Part shown: positions 37,702 through 49,900 of the stretch, piece by piece | How the letters are laid out: every line of letters begins with the position of its first letter | Numbering within the stretch: position 1 is the first letter of the stretch | Assembly: GCA_043228905.1 (NCBI GenBank) | Contig: JBHGNT010000214.1 | Coordinates: forward strand, 1-51,945 | Length of the DNA stretch: 51,945 nucleotides | DNA from: Azolla caroliniana | Taxonomy: Eukaryota; Plantae; Polypodiophyta | Direction: 5' to 3' | Position numbers and translations under genes: made by a program | Notes under the pieces: generated by a model | What the model saw: the letters and a program-made list of their open reading frames with translations, nothing else | Databases searched by the model: none | What the model was told of the DNA's origin: nothing

Positions 37702-40700
37702 TTAAGGGATGCTTAGAAAGAGATAAAGATGAGGCTATGGTTGGAAATAGTTGCAGAAACTTTGTGATGGATCACATTAATGATTGTGAAAGTATTTTAA
37801 ATAAGCTTGAGCAGGTACATTTGACACTATCAGGAACAAAGTCAAGCTTTGGGCAGAACGAAGTTCTGATAGTTGGTCATATGTGTGGCTGGTATGGAAG
37901 AAAGCCTTCATCGATCAAAATTAATGAAATACAAATTATGAAGGAGGTTTGTGAATCGGTAACAAAGGTGAGAAGATTTTTAGGTGCATGTGTGTTTTAT
38001 CATATTTGGTTACCACACTTTGCACATGTATCAGATCCTCTCTACTAACTTTTAAGAAAAGGGAAGAAGTTTATTTGGACTGATGAACATACACAAGTTG
38101 TTCAACAATTGAAAGAAGCATTGTTGAAAGCTCCAGTTCTTCGTCAACCAAACTACAATAGTGAAAGACCAATTATAGTGACAGTTGATACTAGCCCAAT
38201 TGGGATCGGTTGGGTTATCAACCAAGAAGATGAAGACCAACATCAATATGCTATCAGGTTTGGAGCAAAGATATTAAATGAAAGACAAAGAAATTATGCA
38301 CAAGTTAAACGAGAATTGTTGGGTTTCCTTATTGCATTAAAAACAGATAGAGATTACCTGATCGGAGCAGATGTAGTGGTTGAAACAGATTGTTTGCCAC
38401 TCATCGGAATGATAGCAAGTTGCACCACACGAGATATTGCAATGCTTCAATGGATTGCATACATTAGAACCATGAACCCAGAATTACGGCATACATTAGA
38501 ACCATGAACCCAGTAAATGAATTTCGAAGACGAGTATTCAAGTTTTTTTCATGTGAAGGGCATTTATGGAGGCGCCCAAAAAGGCCAACCGAAAATCCTC
38601 TTCTAGTCATTTGTAAGGATGACATTAAGAGAAAATTAATTAATGAATTCCATGATAGTTTGTGGGCAAGACATAGAGGCATATGGGCAGCATTTATGAA
38701 GTTGAAAGAAAAGTATTGGTGACCACATATGTATAAAGATGTAACGAAATTTGTGGAAACCTGTGAAGTCTACCAGAGGTATTCAACTATTCGATATCAA
38801 GATGAGTTAAAACCAACATATTCATCATCAATGCATTATAAATGGATGGTCAATCTAGTGACAATGCCACTTGGGGAAGGTCAAATGCGATACTTAGTAC
38901 TAGCAAGAGAGAAGACCTTACAAACCAAGTTGAAGGAAGACCACTACGACAAAAAACAACTAGAGCTGTATGTAAATTTTTGTTAGAAGATGTAATATGT
39001 TGTTACGGGTGTGTTGGTAAAATAATTGAGGAGAACTTGACTCTGATGAAGCTAGAGCATTCTTCAGCTGGATAGGGGTCAAATAATCACTTACAGCTGC
39101 GTATAATCCAGAAGTCAATGGAAAGATTGAAAGAGGACATATCCCAATAGTTAGGCGATCATGAAAAGTTGTAAAGGTAAAATAAGAGATTGGCCACGCA
39201 TGCTACCTTATGCACTATGGGCGGATCAGACAACGCATAGTTCGGTAATAGGATACATGCCAACTGAATTGATACTTGGCTAAAAGCCCATCATGCCGGT
39301 AGAAGAATCAATTATGTCATGGATATCTATTCCATAGAGAGAGGAGGTGAGCAGAGAAGAATGGCTTGCTTTGCGAATTCAACAATTAGAGTGTTAGCCT
39401 AAAGATGTAGAATTAGCAGCCCAACGATTGAAGGAAGCTCGACTAAAGAATAAAATTCGTTTTGATAAACCTCACAGAATTTGACATAAGAAGATAGAAG
39501 AAGGGGATTGGGTGCTTGTGTATGATGACAGTTTAGATAATCAACATAACACCCTATGCAAGTTTGCTGAAAGATGGTTTGGGCCTTACATAGTAAGAAA
39601 AGTATATGATAACTTAGTGAATTGGATGGAAAACTAATCCTAAACGTGGTAGTTAGAAAGAGGATAAAAGTATTTAAGAAAAGGTTTGAGCTCGAACTTC
39701 CTCCAATAGCTCAACATGAAGGTGAAAGATAGTGGCACATGTTGGAGGATGTGCAGGTCTAGAGGGGGTGGATGTCGTGAAGTACGAAAGCTTCACATTA
39801 AAATTCTACAAAAAGATAAATACGTAACTAAAATAAAATATAGCTTGATAATGTTTTATAAAGGTAATATTATAAACACACTATGATAATATTATACATT
39901 ATATGTAAAGGCAAATAAAACAAATATATTATATTACATGGACAAGAGAGGACTTGAACCAATAACCCCCACCTTACAACTTTAAAACCTTACCATTTAC
40001 CCAATAATTGTAGTATATAACTATATGTCTTATTCCTAAACCATATAATGTACTACATGTGCACCATATATAGTATCATGGGCAAGAGAAAACTTGAACC
40101 AACAACCTCCACATTATGAACCTCAAAGCCTAACATTTAGCCAATACTCATTATATTTGTAAAAAAAACAAAAATGTCTTGTTTTATTTGAAGTAGCATT
40201 GTATAGTCCATGTAATACATGTGCACCATATAACACACTTGCAAGAGCCCTCTTTGCATGTGTGACATATGGTTCACATGCAAAACCATCCCCTTCATAT
40301 AAAAGGAGAAGGGAGTGTAGTCACAAGGATATCAAGGAATCAATCAATCATATTGAATAGAATTATTGTATGGAATTGATCGAAATTATATTGTACGAGA
40401 TATCATAATAAAGAAAGAGGGAGAGAAGGTAAAACCTATATACAATCTTCAAAAGACAAGAGAAGAACTAGCTTGGCGACGGCGGTGCTCAACTTGCAAC
40501 GAAAAGGCGGAGGTTCGAGTCTTATCCTCATCGAAAGATAGAAGGGAAGATTATGGTCTACTACAAAGAAAGAAAAGAGCAACTACCTTGTGAGACAAAG
40601 TTCGATAGTTCAATGACGCTCGTAGCCATTTTGTAACTCTTTCATGAAATAATTTTAAATTTCTTACATTCCCTCAATTATCATTTTACATCCTATCTTG

Positions 40701-40747
40701 TCATATCTTGTTGATCACTATTTATCTATTTCCACTCTTTCGTCTCT

Positions 40748-41397
40748 TCCCATCCGAAGGGACCTGTTTCCCAACACGTCTTTGCTTGGAGTTTAGGAAT
40801 GTAGCCAACTGTTATCGTGGTGTGGCTCGCCTAGAAGCGTAGACATAAGACAACGTGAAAGTTGATGAGACGAGTTGATGAAGAAATCACCCGAGGCCGA
40901 AAGGCTGAGGTCGAAACCGAAATCGTGTAGACAGCCAACTCAAGAGACTATATCTGTAAATAGTCGAAATAAGCCTTTGTGGGCTATACTTGTAAATAGT
41001 CCGAAAATTGTACTAGTATAAAAGCAACTAGGGCAAATCTGATAGTGTGTGTTAGTGATCATTATTGAAAAGTTAGAACGGGACAATTGTCTCCGTAATT
41101 GAGAGAACGCGTGAGAGAGGGAGAGTGTGAGTAAGTGCAACTCCATAGCCGTCTGTTGACGAAGAAGAACTCGAGGTCGTTTCCTATGAGTTTTTTGTTC
41201 TACCCCCTCATCATCATAGTGATCTATTTTCGGAGCAAGCGGACTCCATGTGGTTTTTCCCAGTTCAGGTTTCCATGGTAAAATCTGTGTGTTCTTTGTT
41301 TTTTTGCTATTCTGTTCTTCGGTTTTCTATCAAAGCATTATTTCTTGCAAACGAATATACGAACGGTAACCGGCTGTGGCCAGTCTTGAGCGTGACA
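40748..41397 (+). mobile_element. Copia-type solo LTR in Copia-A with its 5' tip displaced by inversion
   Basis: 5' tip TGTTGGGAAACAGGTCCC lies reversed at 40776-40748; the body runs ~40863-41397 and ends in GTGACA. TSD AGACG on both sides (revcomp 40777-40781; 41398-41402). Confidence 0.8.
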
Positions 41398-43931
41398 AGA
41401 CGGACTTTTGCGAGCGTTATCGATACGGGAAACATACCCGAGTCCGCACTCTCTCCATTACGAAACGGTACGACAACCCCTAGAGCTCGTGCACACAGAT
41501 ATATGTGGGCCTATATTTGAGAGATCATTAGGAGGCTCCCGATACTTCATCACATTTGTAGATGATTGTACACAGAAAGTCTAAGCTTATTCAATTAGGT
41601 CGAAAGCCGAAACGCTCGAGGTATTCTCTCAGTGGATAATGGAAGTGGAGAACCGGTCACGGTATAGAGTGAAGACACTCCAATCCGACAATGGAGGAGA
41701 ATACACCTCTCGAGCCTTTAAACAGTACCTGTCCTACAAAGAGATCCGACATCAAAAGACCGTTCCATACACACCCATGCAGAATGGAGTGGCAGAACGG
41801 ATCAACTAAACAATCCAGGAGAGGGTGACGACAATGCTCCAACAAGTTGGACTAAAGTTGGAGTTCTGGGTCGAAGCATTGCAGATGGCACTATTCCTGA
41901 TCAATAAGCTGCCATCAAAAGCAATCAGGCTTGAAGTGCCACATGCACTATGGTCAGGCAAACAACTGATCTATGATAGGCTCTGTATATTCGGATGGAA
42001 AGCCTACACATTCATCCCCAAGGAGAAAAGGACCAAGATGGCACCCCATGCAACAAAGTGCATATTTCTCGGTTATGGAATCGATGGGGACTTCCGTTAT
42101 AGGCTATGGGACCTAGAGAACTGGAAATTGATTCGGAGCAATGACGTAGTCTTTAATGAAGTCTCTATTCTCTCTATTAGGAACTAGCAGAAAATAGTTG
42201 GTAAGAAGGTCTCCTTCGAAGTCGATAGAGACATCGTCGAAAGACTGACCCACCGAGCCGAATTAGAGATTCGACAAACAGTTGAACTTGCCCCAGCCAA
42301 CAATAAACCCGCCGACTCCGAATCGGTAGGAGGTCCACTAGTCGAACTCGAAGACAAAGCCATCAAAGACAAAAAAGGCAAAGTCAACAAGGTGCGAGGC
42401 GGAAACGATAGAATTGACCCGATTGACCCACCCAAGGCCAAAGAGAAGAACAGAACCGAGTCAGCTAAGTCCTCTACCTCTAACTCAATTGATCCTGAAG
42501 AAGGGGAGGATGGCATGACATCACCGAAATCCTACTACAAGGGTGAGTCATCTCACAGGACTCCAGAAGATGGTTCAAGCAATACCAATCGGTCAACCGA
42601 GTTGACTGAAGAAATCGAATCGACAAAATTGGCACTCAGGAGATCCGGACGAGTCAGAAGGCCTACCTAAACCCTAAACCCTAAACAAAGTTTTATCAAT
42701 TGGGCCTTGACTACGTCAACTACACGGATGTAGATGAACCAAGTACTTATGAAGAAGCTATAGCCGCACCGGACGCCGATACATGGCTACAAGCCATGCA
42801 ATCCGAGATGGACTCGATTTGACAAAATCAAACATGGGAGCTGGTCAAACTACCAGCAGGAAGAAACCCGCTACCTTGCAAATGGGTATTCCAATACAAA
42901 TATGTATCTGATTCTAAGAAAGCCAAGTACAAAGCTCGACTCATTGCGAAGGGATTCAAACAGGAACATGGAGTCGACTACGCTGAAATATTTTCTCCAG
43001 TAGTCAAGATGAACACCCTTCAGCTCCTACTTGGGGTTATGGCGACATAAAACCGAGAGCTCGAGCAGTTGGATGTAAAGATGACGTTCCTACACGGAGA
43101 TCTGGAAGAGGACATTTACATGTCCCAACTGGCAGGCTTCTCGGTGACGAGGGAGGAAAGTCACCTCGTATCTCGACTGAAGAATAACCTTTATGGCCTA
43201 AAACAGGCACCAAGGATGTGGTACCAAAAATTTGATTCCTACATCAGGCAACTTGGATACCGCCAATCTGACTCCGACCCATGTTTATATACTCGACAAC
43301 AGGCCGACGAGTCCCAGATCTATTTGATCCTATACATTGACGACATGTTGATTGCAGGGAGCAATCAAACTGAAATCGGAAAGCTAAAGTAGAGCCTTCA
43401 CAACAAGTTTGCGATGAAGGAACTTGGACAAGCCCGACATATATTGGGCATGAGGATAGAACAAAATCAGAAGACAATGACTCTCTGACTCTCCCAATCC
43501 GACTACATCTACAAAGTGCTGAAGCGCTTCAACATGGAAAATTCCAATCCAACACCAACACCGCTTCCGACATCAATCCGACTATCAAATAGAGACTCTC
43601 CTTCGACGGACGAGGAGAAAGAGCTTAATGGAAAGATACCCTATGCATCAACCATAGGAAGCATCATGTATGCGATGGTGACGACTCGACCCGACCTTGC
43701 CTATGTCGTAGGGGTCGTTAGCCGGTACATGTCAAACCCAAGACGAAAGCATTGGGAGGCCATCAAGCACATCTTTTGGTACCTAAGAGGGACTGAAGAT
43801 GCACAACTGATTTTCGGATCGGCAAATCCAATCAAAGTTAAAGGCTACACCGACTCCGACTACACCGGGATTTCGGACAATTGGAAGTTGACATCAGGCT
43901 ACATCTTCACCTACGGTGGCGGTGCTATATT
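41398..43931 (+). pseudogene. Copia-A integrase, RT and RNase H start
   Basis: TDFCE..RYGK, QSDNGGEY, QNGVAER, KCIFLGY, DVKMTFLHG, LYIDDML, GYTDSDY; ends at GGGAI. Confidence 0.88.
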
Positions 43932-44380
43932 TGTTGGGAAGTCGGTCCCTCCAGATGGGATCTGGTTATGAATGAAGATGGGACTATGACAAGCGATTGA
44001 GCAGAGGAAAGCCGAGTAAGGAGCAGAAGATAAGTCTGAGATACAAAAAAATTTGGACAACATTCGGACAAGTCGATCAGGATGATTAGCCAAATCAGGC
44101 TAGATATTGACTATATCTCTACCGACCTAAATACATGCCGAACGCCTTGTAATCATAACCTAGATTAAAAGTGTAATCTAGGTTCATGGGGGAGATAACC
44201 CCATACAATTGTAATAAGAAAGAGTTGTCCTTTTACAGGGGAGTTTGTTGGCATAAAAGGCCGACTCCTTCCTATTTGTATCTTAGTGTGAACGTGTCCA
44301 AATAGTTAGGGCTTAATATATAAGTAATAACCTAACATTGTAATGAGAGAGCTTCTTGATCATTCTTGTATTATGAGTAT

Positions 44381-44421
<41 letters not shown>

Positions 44422-44556
44422 GAAATAACAAAGTGTCCATTAAAGCTAAAGAACATCTTCATCTTCTTGATCTCAGTCTTTCTGTGTTGTTTGTTGAGCA
44501 CTTCTAGATAGGTCCTCATACATATTTCCACACATATTCGAACACCATATCCCACA
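43932..44556 (+). mobile_element. Copia-A family LTR
   Basis: TGTTGGG...CCCACA; the 3' half aligns with 3043-3125 plus 18165-18360; (GA)n tract at ~44382-44417. Confidence 0.85.
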
Positions 44557-44937
44557 TGACTGATTCGAGGGGCTATAATTGTAAATAGTCTACATGTACC
44601 CCTAGTGGGGTATGTTTGTAAATAACCTCAAAGTTGTTTTAGTATATAAGCAACTAGGGCATACTTTATAGGTGAGAAGAAGAGTGTGTATCATTATTAG
44701 TTGTTGCATAGTTATCTAGTGAGGTAGTTGCCTTTGTAACTGTGTAAGAGAGAGAGAGTGTGTGTGTGTGTAAGAGTTAGTAACTCTACAGTCATCAGTC
44801 TGACAAAGAGGAACTCGCGGTCGTTGCCTCTTGAGTTTCTTATTGTACTTCTCCTCTTTCATAGTGATTCTGTTTCTCAGGGTTTGTGGACTCCTTGTGG
44901 TTTTTCACTTTTCAGGTTTCCACGTTAAAATATCTGT
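44557..44937 (+). mobile_element. Partial LTR of the family seen at 40863-41397
   Basis: Shares GGGCTATA.TTGTAAATAGTC, AGTATA.AAGCAACTAGGGCA, GAACTCG.GGTCGTT and CAGGTTTCCA in the same order. Confidence 0.7.
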
Positions 44938-46438
44938 CAGAACCAAGAGAAAAGATAGAGTGACAGAAGAAAGATATAAAGAGATCACAAGAAGAGAGGA
45001 ATGAAATGATAAGAGAAGAATGAACAAGGAAGGGCATTTTGGGAATTAATGAAATACTCAAGGGTATATATCTAGATGTTGTGCCTCTAATTAGAAAATT
45101 TAACCCAAGTAATAGAGAGAAATTAATCACAAGATTAACAATGGACATGACTATAAATGCTTAAAAATGTCTACAATAAAAGCAAGTTGTGCAAGATGTT
45201 AACAGAAGAAAATCACATTCCCACGAGGTGATGATTGCTAATAAAATAAGGCGAATACATCCTATCCTAAGACTCCTTCTCAAGCCTTGAGAAACATTTA
45301 TCTCAAGAATTCACTCGTTGTAAAGTAGTGATTGATTGATTAGTTTTTATTTCATTGAGATATAAAGGTGCCTAAAAACGTATGGCTCTCACAAATTGGC
45401 GTACTAAAGTTGTGAACATTACCACGTTAGGCTTCTATGTATGAGAAAGCAATACAGATAACCAAATACCCTTTTTATTTTCTATGGAATTCATGTGGAC
45501 CCCAACTCCTATTATAGGAATAAGTGATGCTTGTAACAATCCCATTTGGATGGTAGATGGAGCTCTCGAATTGTGGGGGGGCTTGCGTCGCACGATCAAC
45601 TCTGGCCATGGCCAATTGTGGTTGGTTGTTCCCCTCCCGATGATTCGTACGTATCAATGACCATTGACCAATTAAGAGTTTCTATTCCCCACCCTCTAAG
45701 AAGCATAGTAGAATAGCCACTTTGCTTGTGTATTTTTAAAATTAGCTTTATGACCATTTATGGTTGGCCAAAGTTGATGGTTCCAAGATCATGAAAATTA
45801 AGATTAAGTAAAAAGAAGAAGAAGGAAACCAACATAAGTATTGACGATGTATGCTCAATTAACATAACATTGCAGTTACAATTAAGGATCACACATTGGC
45901 GTAATTAGTGTGGTGCGCACAATTGATGCTATCAACGAACAAATACAACTTCTAATTAGAAGCGAAATTAGGGAATGAAGTTTCAGCGTATCGTCTCAGT
46001 TATGAGAAACCCGCGTTTGCTATAGACGAAATCATAATCAGCAAAACCGGGCTTCAAATACCCGCTCGCTATTTGGAAGAGCACCTGGTAACTAGATCTT
46101 AAAAACGAAACTCTCTTGCTCACAGAGACCCATATCCGATCGACAGGGAAATCAATCTCTCGAAATTTTTTGATGGCAGACGAGTTGGAGTCATCTTCGC
46201 ATCTCGCAGTAAAACAAAGGGCCTTCTTACGGGTTCCAGTAATATGGATGGTTGGTTAACGCAGAACAAAATGATCGTATGATAATCATAACCAATCGTA
46301 GCCTTTGGGCAGGCGGGCGGGGCGGACGTTAAATGAATCGTCCGGCTCACCTTTAAGAAGAAAGTGGGTGATTAAGGAAGATAAGCAGAGTCTTAATCCT
46401 GATTAGCAGGTGATTAAGGAACACCGCTCTGCATACAT

Positions 46439-46447
46439 CTATATAAG
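46439..46447 (+). promoter_or_regulatory. Candidate TATA box of the BI1-like gene
   Basis: CTATATAAG followed by a CT-rich leader; CCAAT (~46292) and GGGCGG (~46315) lie upstream. Confidence 0.45.
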
Positions 46448-46966
46448 AGTTTCCCTACCATGTCCATCCTCATCGCCATCGCCATCGCCATCTTCTTGTT
46501 CTTCCCTTTTTCCTGTCTGGTCTGGTCTCATCTGATCTGATCGGATCGTGTCGTGTCTCATCGCCTCCTTTTTCTTTCGCCTGTTACCAATCCCTGAGAC
46601 GAAGCGGAATCTTCTTTCCTTCAAAGAAAGGTAGAAAGGACGAGTCGAATCGCTGATTCTATATCAGAAGCCGTGATCTCCCTCTACAAAAGAAAGGTAG
46701 AACGAATGAATCTTTGATATACATCAGGGGAAAAAAAAAAACAGGCAGACGGAGCTAATCTCTTAGGTATCCTAAGTAAAGAAAAGGGAAGGAAATAGAA
46801 GGAGGAGAGCACCTATAGAGAAGACAATTCTCCTCTCCTGTGTTAAAAAGAAAAGAAACAGTCATTTCTATAGCAGTTCCATAGGCCAGACAGGCAAGCA
46901 CAGCGAAAGAAAGAAAAGACACCAGAAGATCTACAAGAAGGCACAGAAAGATCAACAGAGAGAAAT

Positions 46967-49900
46967 ATGTTCAGGAATGACAAGTATGGAGTCAACGATC
47001 CTGAGGCAGGCCCAGTGTTGTACCCAGGCATCCCCAGTGGGGAGAACGCATTCAGGTGGGCATTCATCCGCAAGGTATATGGAATCCTGTCCATCCAAAT
47101 CCTCATCACCACCCTTGTCTGTGCCCTGCTCGTCTTCTATTCTCCTGTGGCCGTCGCCATCGTCTCCAGCACTGTTCTTTGGATTGGTCTCATCATTTTA
47201 CCGTTCATTCGTAAGCCTTCTGCTATTCACTTATTCTTACATTTTCAATCAATTTCCTTTCTTTTCATGTGTTTCACGATATTTGTGCATTTTTGAGTTG
47301 GCAATGGATTATCTTTCATGTGTTTAGAATCATACTGCTTGTATTTTGTGTGGAAATTGATAATATTTTCCAACCATAGAATCATATCAATTTGTTTATT
47401 GTGTTGTAGTGATGGATAATTTTCCGTTTCTTTAAATGTTAGATTGTTTTGCATTGTGTTAGATTATACAGGTTTAACACATGGATCATTTTTTCTAGGT
47501 TTAACGCATTGTAATATCTATAATATATTCCCTTGCAATCAGTTCTCCTTGTTCCTTTGTAATTGAAGGACTATTCTATGTTCAAAATACAATACAGCAT
47601 AGTGGACATAAAATTGTGAAAAGAACATCTCGATCTTGCATTGTTCCTTTGTAATTGAAGGACTATTCTATGTTCAGAATACAATACAGCATAGTGGACA
47701 TAAAATTGTGAAAAGAAAATCTCGATCTTGCATTGTTCCTTTGTAATTGAAGGACTATTCTATGTTCAGAATACAATACAGCATAGTGGTCATAAAATTG
47801 TGAAAAGAACATCTCGATCTTGCATTGTTCCTTTGTAATTGAAGGACTATTCTATGTTCAGAATACAATACAGCATAGTGGACATAAAATTGTGAAAAGA
47901 ACATCTCGATCTTGCATTGTTCCTTTGTAATTGAAGGACTATTCTATGTTCAGAATACAATACAGCATAGTGGACATAAAATTGTGAAAAGGACATCTCG
48001 ATCTTGCATTGTTCCTTTGTAATTGAAGGACTATTCTATGTTCAGAATACAATACAGCATAGTGGACATAAAATTGTGAAAAAAACATCTCGATCTTGCA
48101 TTGTTCCTTTGTAATTGAAGGACTATTCTATGTTCAGAATACAATACAGCATAGTGGACATAAAATTGTGAAAAGAACATCTCGATCTTGCATTGTTCCT
48201 TTGTAATTGAAGGACTATTCTATGTTCAGAATACAATACAGCATAGTGGACATAAAATTGTGAAAAAAACATCTCGATCTTGAATTGCAGACCAATAATT
48301 TCTTATTGCAATATGTTGATTTGATGTATGTTTTTTACGTTATGCTAATCTTGAGGTCTCTTCTCAAACTTGTTTTTGAATATCTTTACTAATCTGCACC
48401 TTTGGTTCATCCATATCAAAATTTGGTAAAAGAAGCTCTCTAAGTTTATTCAAAACCAATAACATCTCATTCTGATTTCAATATACTCTAAGGTCTTTTA
48501 TCACTATGTACCTTGCCAGGCCATTCTCATGGAATGGTCTTCAATCCAAATATTATTATGTGGTATCCTCTTTGGTTCATTACGCGACACATTAGCTTGA
48601 CAATGAGAACCAATTTGATCATAAATTTCCCTAAATTCCCTTTAAAAGGCAGTACAGGAAAGACTTTGTCTTAACAATTAGATCCAATTTGATCATATAT
48701 TTCCCCAAATTCCCTTTAAAAGGCAGTACAGGAAGACAGAAAGGGGATGTATTGGCCGAATAATTGCTTAAATTCCTCCTGTAATTGAGAAAAAATGGGA
48801 TAAATTTACTATAAAACTGTCCACCTAGCAAATACATTTGGCTTCTCTAGGTTTCAGCAAGGGCATTTGAGATATTTCTTTGACATTTTCACATTTCTTA
48901 TAGACAAACACAAGAATTAAAATCTTCCCAAATATTTTCCAAAAGTTAATCCTTAATGTTATGAAGTTGCAAAGCTCATCATTCATTTTGTATGCACCAA
49001 AAGATCCAAAATGCCTCACATATCGTTTTTCATGGAATTCCAAACGATCACACTTTTTGGACATCTAAACTCTCAGCTAATGGAACACAGTTTGGATTTG
49101 CCCAAAATCTTCACCAAACACGTCACCAAATTCATTAATTTTTTTTATCTTCTGACCATTTTGAAACACCTGATTTGTTATCATAAATATCTGTATTTAC
49201 CCTCCAATAAAACATATAGCATCATGTCCATTGAAGATATGACTTATACCTTAATACTCAGCAGGATTGTTTCTCAAGGTTTTTTGGAAATATGATCCCA
49301 TTCTACACCCGATCTTCTACAAAATATGATACAATCCATTCAATGATCCCATTCTACATCTGGTTTCATGATGTATCTGGTAGAATCATCCTCAAGCTTC
49401 TTAGTGTAATTCCAAATCTTTCCGGATAGTATTGCAAAACATATACTCAATCAACATGAATGTACTTACTCAGAAAACACCCATATTGCAGTAAAATATC
49501 ATAAACAATTGCATCTCGTTTTCGTTGGTCTTATGCACGTCTCTTGTTGCATTACATGTCACAATTATATTTGTCATGACTATTTTTGGGTGTGAACTGA
49601 AAGTACAGTTTTTGTTTGTGACATGAAAATCATATTCAAACCGGAGTTTGAGTATATGCACATTATGAATCTATCGTGCATGTATAGGTATGTATGTATG
49701 TATATATGTATGAAGTTTGTTTGTGGTGGAAACAAATTACTTTTGCATTTTATGCCAAAAAATGTTTGTGTGTTGTTTCTGACCTGAAGGTGGCTTTGGA
49801 AACAAAATATTGTTTTCTCATTTAAATTTCCAATTGCTTGTGTATGTACAATAAACTTGTTGTTTTGATATGCATTTTGTAAACTGTTTTTGACCATACA

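Larger units (their letters stand above)
31502..39700 (+). pseudogene. Gypsy-3 gag-pol remnants
   Basis: Zinc knuckle CMWCDSLEHRLRDC; protease ALIDHGSEINIM...ILGQPY; RT FIQDLQPIN, LPQGATNS, FLDDIP; RH VDTSPIGIG; integrase fragments with many stops. Confidence 0.88.
19838..40862 (+). mobile_element. Gypsy-3: degenerate non-chromovirus Ty3/Gypsy with tRNA-Trp PBS (Phygy-like)
   Basis: 5' LTR 19838-20275 plus 30603-31434 (TGTCGTG...CACGACA); 3' LTR from 39773 with its tip inverted at 40813-40862. PBS TGGTGAACCCGACGTGAA at 31440-31457; PPT AGAGGGGGTGGA 39761-39772. Order is PR-RT-RH-INT, with no chromodomain seen. Confidence 0.88.
3035..44556 (+). mobile_element. Copia-A: old, degenerate Ty1/Copia element (Tnt1/Tork-like), host of most nested insertions
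   Basis: 5' LTR pieces ~3035-3125 and 18165-18360 align with the LTR at 43932-44556. PBS TGGTATCAGAGC (tRNA-iMet) at 18363-18374. Domain order is gag, PR, GAG-pre (LWHGRL), integrase, RT, start of RNase H. Confidence 0.85.

Noticed and set aside
44936-45204. Possible small solo LTR (TGTCA...TAACA)
   Set aside because: Flanks ATATC and GAAGA do not form a TSD, and the initial TG may belong to the preceding LTR.
46460-46540. Short hydrophobic uORF (MSILIAIAIAIFLFF...)
   Set aside because: The ATG is only ~20 nt from the candidate TATA, probably upstream of the TSS, and the peptide derives from a simple CATCGC repeat.
47549-48282. Regular repeat array as a possible CRISPR
   Set aside because: Units are contiguous with no unique spacers, and the context is a eukaryotic intron.
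48610-48735. ~50-bp direct duplication in intron 1
   Set aside because: An ordinary local duplication with no TIR, TSD or coding signal.
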